Shown: positions 12,725 to 25,400 of the stretch, in pieces
How the letters are laid out: the number at the start of each line of letters is the position of its first letter
Numbering within the stretch: the stretch's first letter is position 1
Source of the DNA: Azolla caroliniana
Lineage: Eukaryota; Plantae; Polypodiophyta
Reading direction: 5' to 3'
DNA length: 64,000 bases
Assembly: GCA_043228905.1 (NCBI GenBank)
Contig: JBHGNT010000009.1
Coordinates: 3,596,001-3,660,000 of the forward strand
Translations under genes and position numbers: made by a program
The notes under the pieces: model-generated
What the model saw: only the letters and a program-made list of their open reading frames with translations
What the model was told of the DNA's origin: nothing
Database searches by the model: none

Positions 12725-15700
12725 TCAAACCATATAACCATACTTGAAATGTTGTTCTGCTTTATGCAGAACACAACAGACCATATGGTAAAATTCAGGT
12801 TCAGCCTGTTTAACTTCCTCGATAGTCCTAGACTCATGTTGCTCTGCCTGCAAAGCCCCATATTATAGTTTTACAGTGCTATACCACAACTACTATCAAG
12901 GTTATTAAAATATTTGTATTCACAAAAAGCCTGGTTGAATTATTGCGCAAACAGTTCATGTTCGAGTCTATCATGAAGGCAGAGATCGTTGTGAAAGTAC
13001 TTCCTTGTACGACTGGTAAAGGATATATTATCATTACTACATCTCTCTCCTGATTAGCTGGTACTGACTATAGATCCCAAAATTGTAATTTGGGCCTCCT
13101 CATATAACCACCATTTTCAATGTGTAAGGATCTTCATGCATCACAATCTGTGGTATTCTCCAATTCTCATGTATGTGTGGAGCTGTTTGAAACTTTCATG
13201 TCATCACAGAGAAGGTGGTAATGTCAGAGGAATGCAGTATACTCAGGAGTTTATTGATGATACGTCCTCAATATTATCAGTATTATATTGACAAGACTGC
13301 ATCGTGATGACATCTCTGTGGGTGTCTGCTATATCATGTACTATCCACCTTCACGTTGGCTGTGATCAGGGATCCTAGGGACTTTGAAATTATCTGCATC
13401 ATCTGTGTCCCCTAGGTCATGGATGTCTCACTGTCTATCCTATGTCCTAGCATTAGAATTCTAAATTAGGAGGATTTCACCCAGCTGAGAATATTGAATG
13501 ATGCTCATGTAATTTTAATGACCTGTTTGCATTTGTGTCCCTGTAAAATGTAGTTTGGATATGACCTACTTGGGTATTGACCTGATCAATCCAACAAGCT
13601 CACTAAAAGAAAAGAAGGCATAGTTTTTTCTCATAAATAATGCCTTTCATTGCAAAAGAAAACACCACCATGACTAACTTACAAGAAACTTTAGAGCTCT
13701 AGGAATCTAAATAGTATGAACTCAACCCCATCCTACACATAAATTCAGATGACAATATAGTCACTTTGCACAATTGTCTCTCTTCATGGTTTAGATTTCA
13801 TTACTTCTCTAACATTGTCGATTGTCACAAACGCAGTCCTTTTACTTTGCTATATATTTCTTCAGCCTGACTTGTGACTAAAAAATAAAGGCATTCTACT
13901 TATTCCAGTTGAAGCATAGCCCCCAATGCCTCGAGAACTCAACAATAATTTGTTAATGGGGCATCATTATTCCCCACATGTGCAAAACCCCCATTGAATG
14001 AAGCTATGCTTACGCCAGTCATAGACATCCACACTAAATTGGTACACCTCCAAACCATTCTAACCATCAAGAATGAAACAAACCGATGTCTACTATGCTC
14101 CTATTCCATTGAACAAAAGAAGCACATTCCATTAGCATTCTTTCTTTTGTTTGATGCATCCCTAAAGCTCCAGCATGACCCTGCAAAGGAATACCTTAGC
14201 CATAGCATCAATGGAAAACCTGTCGTGGTCACGTGGTACTACCCTAAAGCTCCAACATGACTCGGAACTCCATAACTTTTTAACCCTTTCATGCATCCAC
14301 TTATGTTTGTCAATAAACTTGTGGCAAACATCATTTGTTGATATCATAGACAATCTCCTATTGCCAACAAATGCCCAATCAAGTTCTTCAAAAACACCAT
14401 CTAAATCAGGAATTGGGTCATGCAATGATAATAATAATCCTCGCAAATTATCCCAAATAAAGCTATAACCTCTTGGAATACGGAATGTTGATCTTGTTGT
14501 TCAAAAGGCCATTAATCTTTTTTGTGAAACCAACATAGCATCCTTCAATGTTACCAAACCCAATAAAGCCATCCAATCAAATTAAAGATTAAGAAGATGT
14601 TTACCTTCCCACCCCAACAACCTTGATGTCACCAAAACTTGCATTTGTAAGGAATTGGCACATCCCCTTTCTTGTGAAGTATACCATTCCACAAAATCCA
14701 ACATACTCTACCAAGATGTCAACAAATGATTAACTATCACAAAAGTTGCACAATTGGCATGCTTTCTAGAATTGATGACCTTCCGCAAATTAGTTTCAAC
14801 CTTCATGTTTCCAAGCTTAATTCTCATCTTCTCAATACACTATTTCTGCCAAGGGTGTATGTATAACCTCAAACATAAATCAAGTGAAGGCAAACCACGA
14901 ACTATAATATACTCATATAAATTCAAAATATTATTTGCCCCACCAAGACACTTCAGAATACAAACATGATCCCATGCCAACCATGACATTGCACTTTTCC
15001 CTTTCACTTTTACAGCAACATCCGCCATTTTAGGGCTTTCGTCAACCACGATAGCAAAGGATGAGATGCCATAGGAAAAACAAAAGATATGGGTGTGATT
15101 AGATGGCGACCCTTGTTTTGGTGGGAGGAGAAATGGGCAATGCCATCTTTTCGCGTACATGAAATACGGACATATTTATGCTTATTAATCAACCACCCTA
15201 ACACACTCAAAAACACTTTCCACACATCTTTTGCCTTACTAATATTTTCACAATTAGGTGCCAAAAATATTCTATTGTCATTTGCAAGAGCTTGAACAAT
15301 AATGGCCTCCCTAATGCCAACCTCAATCCAACCAATTCTTGCTCCACTACCATATTATGTAATTAAACAAGAATAGTATATGTCACAATAGCGAATAGTG
15401 ATGGACTAACGAGGCATCCTTTTCCAATTGATCTTCGAATAGATATAGATTGTGTTACTCCTCTGTTAAACATCACATATGAAACAAAACCCTCCCTTAA
15501 TGTACATCTTAAGTTAGACATATGATCTCCAAAACCCATTCAAGACATGAACTGTCTTATAAATAACCAATCCACATTACCATGTACATTTAAAATATTA
15601 TGTAAAATATACTTCATGCCAAGAACCCATATTAAGGATTATGAATGATAGAGAGAAAGAGAGAGATCATAAACTTGAAGTTTTACGTTTAAGTTTTACT

Positions 15701-16413
15701 ACCCAAAAGTGTTTTTGATGTATCTTTTTGCTCCGATATCCCTTTCCTCCGTTCTTGGGTAGGTTTCAAAGCTTTTTAAAGAGCTTTTCAAGAAATCACA
15801 AGTTCTATTTGGATCTTGCTACAAAAAAGGTACAACCAAAATCGTTGCTCGGTTGTTTGCAACCCGCAATTGCTTGTTTAACTCATTCAACAAAATTGTT
15901 TGCACATGAAAACTCGCATATTTGTCATCATATGGATATTACCGTCACTATGCATGTGGATGCTTCACCAAATTCCTTAAAGGATTCATGCATGGTTGAG
16001 TTAGTAACTAGTGCAAGAACTGATGGTAAAGATGATGCATTGGAGGTGATGTTAATAATGTCTCCTAATCATGTTATGCGAAAAGATGCCATCAATAGAA
16101 ATGACGAACATTTGTTATGCATTACAAATGTTTTGATAGAGGATTTTTTAAGGGACAATGTGAAAGTTGTTGGGGAGTTTGTTGATGATGGAGTTGCAAA
16201 AGTAGAAATAGACAATAAGGTTTTATTGGAATCATTTCTAATTTCTATAATAAAGGTTCATAATATTATGTCACGAGGAAAATATCATTCTTTAGAGAGT
16301 TACACAATGATTACGTGGGATTTTACAAGATGATTGTGTTCTATTAGGAATAAAGGGTCATCGTGCCTTTTATTAATGTACGGGTGTGAACGCACTCGTA
16401 GCACATTTTGACT

Positions 16414-16446
<33 letters not shown>

Positions 16447-19400
16447 CTAAAAACCAAAAAAAGTGGTACACTCTTTGCACCCAAGACAACCTGCATCTCT
16501 CTCTCCTTTTGTCTCTCACTCAAACTCTCTGGTTGACCTAAACCCTAATCCTCGTGTTGCCCTTCAAACTAGTATCAGAGCAGAGCAAGTTAAAGCAGGT
16601 CACATTTTTTTTTTGTAGAACAGGTCTTTTTTTTCTGTAGAATAGATCATGTTTTTTTCTGCAGATTCGATCCTTTTTTCTATAGATTAGGTCATGTTTT
16701 TTGCAGAGCAAGTTTTTTTTTCTACAGAGTAGGTCACATTTTTTACCGTGTACATCAAAAACATCAGTACACTTTGACAATGTGGATCAAATTTGTTTTT
16801 GCTCGTGGGTGTTATACAATGCATGTACAACAAATATTGCCTCTAAAATTTTATCCGTAAATCTAAAAAAAAAAATTCAGTGTGGTTATATATCGTTGGT
16901 TGGTACTTATTTGTACCTCAATTCACTTGTGTGAGAGTTTAGGCTTTGGTTTTCTTTTTGCTTAAGTTTTGGTTCTCCTTTTGGGCTAAGAAATCATGAC
17001 TAGCAGCAGTGATAATAACCATCTTATGCACATCAAGAAGCTTGAGGGTGCACATAATTTTGCTGTATGGAAAAAGCAATGTTACAATATCTTGTTGCAG
17101 AAGAAGCATGCAAAGCCTATTAAAGTCAAAAGGGTAAAGCCTACAGATATAGACCAAGATGATTGGCAAGAGTAGAACGAGCTTGCATAAAAAATTAACA
17201 ACTCAATAGTCGAGCGTACAAGCTCGTTCAACTCTTGTCAATCATCTTGGTCTATATCTGTAGGCTTTACCCCTTTGACTTTAATAGGCTTTGCATGCTT
17301 CTTCTGCAACAAGATATTGTAACATTGCTTTTTCCATACAGCAAAATTATGTGCACCCTCAAGCTTCTTGATGTGCATAAGATGGTTATTATCACTGCTG
17401 CTAGTCATGATTTCTTAGCCCAAAAGGATGACCAAAACTTAAGCAAAAAGAAAATCAAAGCCTAAACTCTCACACAAGTGAACTGAGGTACAAATAAATA
17501 CCAACCAACGATATATAGCCACACTGAAAACAAATTTTTTTAGATCTACGGATAAAATTTTAGAGGCAATATTTGTTGTACATGCATTGTACAACACCCA
17601 CGAGCAAAAACAAATTTAATCCACAATCAAAGCGTACAAGATGTTTTTGATGTACACAGTAAAAAATGTGACTTGCTCTGCAGAAAAAAAAAACTTGCTT
17701 TGCAAAAAACGTGATCTGCTCTACAAAAAAAATGACCTACTTTGCAGGAAAAAAACGTGATCTGCTTTACAAAAAAAAAAGACATTTTGCGAAAAAAACA
17801 CATTGACCTGCTCTAACCTACTTGCTCTGATACCAGTTTGAAGGGCAACACGAGGATTAAGGTTTAGGTCAACCAGAGAGCGAGAGAGAGTCTGAGTGAG
17901 AGACAAAAAGAGAGAGAGATGCAGGTTGTCTTGGGTACAAAGAGTGTACCACTTTTTTTGGTTTTTAGATATATATATATATGTATATATAAGTCACAAT
18001 GTGTTACGAGTGCATTCACACCCATGTAGTAATAAAAGGCATGATGGCCCTTTATTCCCAACAAAATTGCATGTTTTTTATAAAATAAGAGTAGTTTATA
18101 TTGTTCCTTGGAGGCCAATTGTGAGTGTTAGGATATATTGAAGCAAGATTGCCCTGTATGGGTTGAGGTAAAGTGCAAATATTTAATGGCAGTTTGTATG
18201 AACAATCATGAAGCACTTTCAATGAAATCAAAATATCCAAGATTTTTTATAAAAACTATTCTTTATGCATTATATACGATAATCTAAGAGGATAGTCAAT
18301 AGAGAGTTCACGAAGGTGGACTAATTATTTCATTGAAAGCACTTGGAGACATTATATTTACCTTCTCAACAAATAAACTATGTTCAACATTCTTATTAAC
18401 TTTCTTAATCGTTCCAGAACCTATCAATCGTTGCCCTTTCTCTTCTATAGTCTTCCCATACTTGTCATTCACAATTTGTTGTTCCTTTATTTCCTCTAAG
18501 ATTGTTAAATCCAAAATCTGATCACAGTTTGTGGACTCTTCATTTACTACTTTCACTACATCATTCCTTTTTTGAGTCTATAATGGAAACAATGTCCTAC
18601 AAATGTACCACAATTTATCCTAGAGCACATAGGAGGCATACAAAGCACTCAACTTGCAAACAGTTTGGTCTCTTAATAGTTGTATTCTTAAGAATACGCA
18701 TCCAATATCAATTTTGCATGTTAACATCAAAAGGTACCATGATCTTTCCCCGTTTCACGATTGGTTGATATATACTACCACTAAATATTTGCACTATACC
18801 TCAACCCATATAGGGCAATCTTGCTTCAATATATCCTAATACTCCACAAGTGGCCTCTTAAGGAATAATATAAACTACTCTTATTTCATAAAAAACATGC
18901 AATTTATTGAGAAATATTTCCAAAACAACCTCATAAACCATGAGGACTGGCTTAAACTTCTTGAACACAATTATCTTGTAAAATCTCACGTAATCGTTGT
19001 TTAACCCTCTAAAGAATGGTATCTCCCCCATGAAATAACATTATGAACCTTTATCAAAGAAATTAGAAATTGATCTCAATAAATCCTTATTGTCCATTCC
19101 TACTTTCGCAACTCCATTATTAACAAACTCCTCGACAACTTTCACATTGTCCCTTAAAAAACCCTCTATCAAAACATTTGTTATGCATCGTAAATATTCC
19201 TCATCCCTATCGATGGCATCTTTAAGTCAACCATGCATGCATCCTTAATGGAATTTGGTAAAGCATCCACATGCATAGCAATATTAACATCCATAAGGTC
19301 ACAAATATGTGAGTTATCACTTACATGCAATTTAGTCAAAGAAGGAGGTGAAGCAAGCAACCAAGGGTTGAAGACAATTGAGTGATGATTTTGCTCATAC

Positions 19401-22400
19401 CAACAAGCACCAAATGTCTCGTACAATGATTCGTTGGAAAGCTCTCCAAATAAGCTTCAAAGTAAGCCCAAGAATGGAGGGAATGGGGATCAAAGCAAAA
19501 AGATACTTCAAAAATATTATTGAATACTAAAACTGAAACGCGAAACCTCTTTCTCTCTCTTTTTGTAATTAGCTTACCCTAGTGGTAAGTTCTTACACTT
19601 CAACCACTATGTCTTCAGTTTAACCCAATTTTCTCACCTCTCTATTACATCAAACATATCTCTTAATTTATTAGATGCCACTATGGAATTTGGGGTTGAA
19701 CCCATGACCTCTTGGTCTCCATATATCTAACTTGAGAATGTCACATATGTCGAAAACCTGATTCTTTAGTCTCTTTTATCTTATTTTCTTTTATATTTAC
19801 CAAGTAATATTTATTTTATTTTGATTTCTTGTTCTCTTGTTTGGTCTTATAGGCCATTTTGGCCTCTTAAAACACATTATTATATCTTTCTTTCTTTCTC
19901 ACACACATAGTAGGATACTTGAAAATGACATTGATGTCATTGTAAACATAAGAAAAGAAAATGAACAATTAGTACATCAATCTAATTATCTCAAAAACTA
20001 CCTTTACACCTGTAAAATTTATTATTTAACAAGCATTTTGCATATGCTTACCTCTTCAAAAGTAAAAAGAATAAGATTGCTTGGTGAAGCCACCTTTGAT
20101 GAATCCCATCTGCAAAAAAAGAGAGAATTAGATAGAAATATTTAGCATAAAATAGCTTAGATCCACTAGCACTAACTTCCAAAGATAACAAGTATATGTA
20201 TTGACAGTATATCAAGAGGTTATAGACTACGCTATTGTTCACCAAAAACATAAGTAAATGTGCACCAAACGGTTCCACACCATTCATTTCACTAACGTGT
20301 AGTACAACTATTCCACGTTAAATGTTTCTCAAATCATCTCATGAAGTTTCGGACAGTGAAATGCCACCTCAATCCAAAAAAGGAACGGTCAAGAAACCTT
20401 AACCTTCATGCCTTACAAAACCGATGGTGGCATGGCTGCAAGAATACACGCTTCACGATTTGCATGTTTACTATGGGAAGACTAAAAGGCGAGTAATCAA
20501 GAGGGTGTAGTAAGGAATATTGCAGCTTGCAAGGAAAGATCAAGGTACTTATCTCTCCAATACTACTACCAATTGCCTTAGGTTTCCCACTATTTTGAGG
20601 GATGCTAGTACAAAATACTCAATATAAAGAATGTCCTACCAAAGCAAAAACTTAACAAGATCGTTACTCATGGAGTGTCATCTAATGCTTGCCATGAAAT
20701 ATGTTTTTCCATCAAGATGTATATGGGCCAGCTTTAAACAACATGTAGAATTGAGTTTACTATGGGATACCTCATGAAGGCTATGACAGTTAAACATACT
20801 CAGCAACAGGAGTTTTGCCTGAAGAAGAAACTTTGGAACCAAGGAGAGATCCAATTTTTTGAGTTCATGGTGAAGGCTCAAGAGGTAGTAAGCAAAAAAT
20901 AAGTCAAAGCCTAAACACAATCCCCACGGACTGATATGTATGCAATAGAAAGACTCAAGCAACATGCAGGTGAAGAGGAAAGAAAGAAATATTGAACAAG
21001 ATGCAAGGTTGTCATTAAAAACAGTCAAATGGCTAAACTCCAGAAGGAATTCACCCAACATTCATTTAGTATAGGCACTACAGACATAGTAGACAATGAT
21101 ATGCAAAAGCAACAAGTATCTCGGAAAGAATATGTAGATAAATTACATCGATGTGTGAACAATTTCATTGAAGAAAAGAGCAATTTTGAGGCATAACATG
21201 TGCAAAAGGACCTAGAGACAACTAAGGGTGCAGACTGCAAGGGTAAGAATGTCACATGGAAATAAAGAAATTGTGTTAATGCCAAAAAAGTATCATAACC
21301 TGGTCAATGTCATGTTCTTCACATGACGCCACATTCCTTTTGCAGCCGACCTTGACATCTGATCTCTGGCACTATGGCCATGCCAAAGCTCACGTACAAC
21401 ATAAACAACTTCTTCCAAATCCACCTGAAATTCTTCTCTATGTTAATTAATATATCTCGCAGAGAAGGTGATGTGAACACAAATTCCAGCCACCATACCT
21501 CAACACCAGCAACAGAACCAAACCTTATCTCTTCTCTCTCAATTAATCTCTGATGAAGAATTTGATAAAGTTCAGTGTCCAAGTGTAATAGAGGTTCATA
21601 GTCCACCGAGAAGTTTGCAATCTTTGTCACAACATAGGATGCCATTACTTGACCAAATATTGCAGGAATAGTGCCCATGACAGGAATTATACGCACACGA
21701 AAGCCAGGTATCACCTGTCAGAAATCAAACGAAATAACATTAGACCCAGAAAATGATAGCATTAATAAGGTCTCAATGAAGTATGGCTCAAATAATTTAA
21801 GACAAACAGTTTCCAAATTCAACAAACTTTGGGAACTGAATGTCCGTAATCTTTTCACTCCCTACAAAGCAAGAAGCACGAATGTGTACGTTTACCAAGA
21901 TTCAAACCACTGTTTCATCCAAGGATCAGTAAGCATTAAGCAGTAGTATCACCATCCATGCAGTGACAAAGTTCAAAACTTTAGGACATCTTATTTTTCA
22001 GCTTATTACCTTGGTTAATCAAAGACTACAGTGGCTAACAGATTCCATTACTATACCCTAAACTGTTCAAAGAAAGAAGGGAAGTACATCTATGTGTAAA
22101 AGAGCATCTGAGAGACAATAAAGAATATCGCCCATTCTCAGCTGATAATCATGAATAGAGCACTATTTCCCTACTTGGTAATCAGAAGGATCTACATCCT
22201 CCCCATTAGGTGCTCTGAAAGGAAGCAATTTCACTTTTGGTTTTTCTGTTGAAAACACGACAGGTACTCCTGACTCTATTCCGTACTGTCTCCTGAGTCG
22301 ATGTCTCACCTAAATGACAATGTCCAGTCAAATTAGAAAATTGTTTTAATAAGTTAGCACTCAAGTCATTTTTATGGCCAATCTTTACTTGCAATAAAAT

Positions 22401-25400
22401 AGCAAAATTTTCAGTACTCACTGAGCGAGAAAGAGGATCATTTGAAGATTCACTCAGATCCGCTATACGAATACGCGTAGGATCTGCCCTTGCACCAGCT
22501 CCTGTTGCTGATAATATCTTCAGACCTCTTCTTACAGCTGCTGCAAGTAGTGACACCTATCATGCAAAGAACATAATATCATCAAACCGTACAGAAACCA
22601 AAAAAGATTAACATCCAATGGCCTGCATAGGCCAAATCAATATCTTCGTTTTTCTTGAAAAATGGAAACCACATTAAGCTCCTAATTAGAGCAAAAACGT
22701 GACCTGTGATATATACATATAAAGATGTCAAACTAGCAGACCGCATGGCCTTGAAATGTTTCCAAGTTAGGAGCTGGTATCCAACTCTACAACAAGTTGG
22801 AGATGGAGGCAAATAGAACATTGATCTAGCACAGTAGAAAACACATAAAACATATTTGTATGCCTTGGTATTCTTTCTAATTTTAATCCATAGAGATGTT
22901 GAAGGGAAACGCAAGGGAAACTTAAAGCTAAAAGCATAAAAAGGCCTATCCTATCTTCTCACTGCATGACAAATGGAACCAATTAGGTTCTTGACTTTAA
23001 GGATATCTTATAGCCTAAGCCCTGAACGCTGCAAAGAATCTGCAAAAGAACTACACACTAAAGATAAAATGGATGGCAGTTGTGTTGTCAGCTGAGTTGA
23101 AAGTCAATAACAGGGATAAGACTGCTGAAAAGAAATGTTTAAGGCTTAGAAAAGATGCAGAGGTTTGCGATGGTCAAATATGAAGGCAACAGAGAACCCA
23201 TTTTACTTTAAGAAACCCAACTAAAAATTCCTTCATTTTTCTACGAACAAGTCATGTCAAACCAGTGTTTCCACAATCTAGGAATAGGTGGGAAATGATG
23301 CATTATTTTCAAGCTATGTGGAAACACCATTTCCCTGGATATGATATTGTAGATGCACTCGTATAAGAAAAGAGAGGGGCTTTTATCTACATAAATCAAA
23401 CAGTATTAGTGCCATTATTTGACCAACCTAATACTTATTGGGTTATCCAAGAATTAAACACATCACCAGGAGTTAATTTAATGGTGCACCTTAGACATTG
23501 GGTCCTGGTGATGTGGTTGGTTCATGGGTAATCTAGTAAGTATTGGGAAAGTTTGTGGTACTTATTAGGCACTGCGTTGCTATTGGGGGAGCCTTCTCTC
23601 CATGATACACAATGCCTACTACATACAGGCCATGCTAGCCCTTTGTGTCATTTAAGCTTATAAGTTGTGCTAATTCCACATCATATGTAGATTTAATCTT
23701 ACATATAGACCTGTAGCAGACAACCAATGCAAGTTCAACAGTATACCCATCTTCTCTTTCTTTACTTCGGGCACCTCAGATTCAAAGGTGCAGTTGCAGG
23801 AAGATTCATAATAAAGCCTGTCTCAAAATTTGCAATAACTGGATTCACTTGTGATTAGTAAAAGGGGGCTAACTGGATATTGTAATGTACCTTTGTATCT
23901 ATGTTATCAATGCAATCAAGAACAAAGTTTGGTTCACCCTCTAAGATATCCTCCTCACTTGAGCTCTCATACATTTGTACACAAGCATCCACTTGACATT
24001 CTGGAAAAATTCTCTGTATATGATCACGCAAGCAAATGGCTTTTGGCAAGCCTACATCAGCTCGTGTGGCAACTGCATGTCGATTCAATGATGATAAAGA
24101 AACCTACATAAATAAGATAACCAAATTCAACAGAAATTTGGTATTGACTAGTTCAATATAGGAGCAGAGAACATTTTATGGAGAGTTTCATTGTCAACCT
24201 GATCAAAGTCCACAAGTCTTAGTTTGCCTATGCCTGATCGAGCCAACATCACAGCTGCATGGCTGCCTACACCACCAAGCCCCACAACTACCACAAATGC
24301 ATTATGAACCTGCATTTGAGAATCAGCACCAAAGAACTGGATATTCCTGTAGCACCAGAAATTATTAAGTAGTCTTTTGTAGGTTTCCAGATAAACAGTT
24401 TGAGAGAAATAAATAACAAGCTGTTTGTCCTAAATCCAACACATAAAGATAGGCAATGCATATTGTTTCTAAATCATTTGCATGAAGAAATATTCATAAT
24501 TCCAGTTCAAGAAAGAGGCTTCCAGCCAAATTGTTGCTGTATGAGAGGGAACTTCTATAAAAAGATAAAAGTCCATTAAAATGATAAAAGTAAGCTTTGC
24601 ATGATAATATGTTATTGTTCAGCATTATGAAAGTTAGAGAAAAGAATCAGAATTTAAATATAGCAATCCTACAATTATGGAAATAGATACAACAATAAAG
24701 CACAAAAAGCACCTTGTGAATTGTTCATTGATAATCTCGTCCTGGCGAAAATCACACGTCGTAATAGACCCATTATTATGTCCTATTGTAATGCTCGCCT
24801 CTAGATGATTGCTAGCATTATCTGCATGGAAAAGCATAAAACCCTATGTTCTAATCAATTCATTCATAAATCTACCATAACAATAGAACCATTGTCTTAA
24901 CTTGCTGCAGAATCTACCGATTATAAATGCAACAGTATCATAGGAATGAAGTTCAAATCTGAAATTGAAACATTTCTTAAATAGTCATACCAGGATGCAT
25001 CTGGTCATATAGATAGGAGCTCTGTTTTTTATCTTCTACTTTTTTCCTGCAGATAATATGCTTTTCAGATAGCAGGCAAAACAAATTTTTCAAATATTCT
25101 TGAGGATAGAAATATATATAGGAATAAAGTGTAGAAAATCTAGCACCATATATACAAACAAAAAGTAAGATCAAGTTCTTGAGCCAAAAAAGGAAGAATT
25201 TAAATCAATCAATGGATAGATAACTTAAGCATCATCATGTGCATATGCAGTATAGGCATCTAGAATCAAGGATTTGGTGATATTAACACCCTTCACATAT
25301 ATGCTAAGGATTTTTCCTAAACTAATTAGGCTCTTTGCAAGCAAGATCTTCCAATGGAAATTGAGTTTATGACTGCAAACCATCCAGTAGTTCATAACCT

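Noticed and set aside
13198-13320. Imperfect hairpin ATGTCATCAC...GTGATGACAT
   Set aside because: Short stems, folding better antisense to the host, with no H/ACA boxes; could be chance.
15728-16333. 201-aa ORF
   Set aside because: It lies in the outer repeat arm, the mirror arm is frameshifted, it has a non-ATG start and no recognisable domain.
16939-17465. Twin 76-aa ORFs (MPIILVYICRLYPFDF...) on opposite strands
   Set aside because: They are the antisense readings of the two copia gag fragments in the palindrome.
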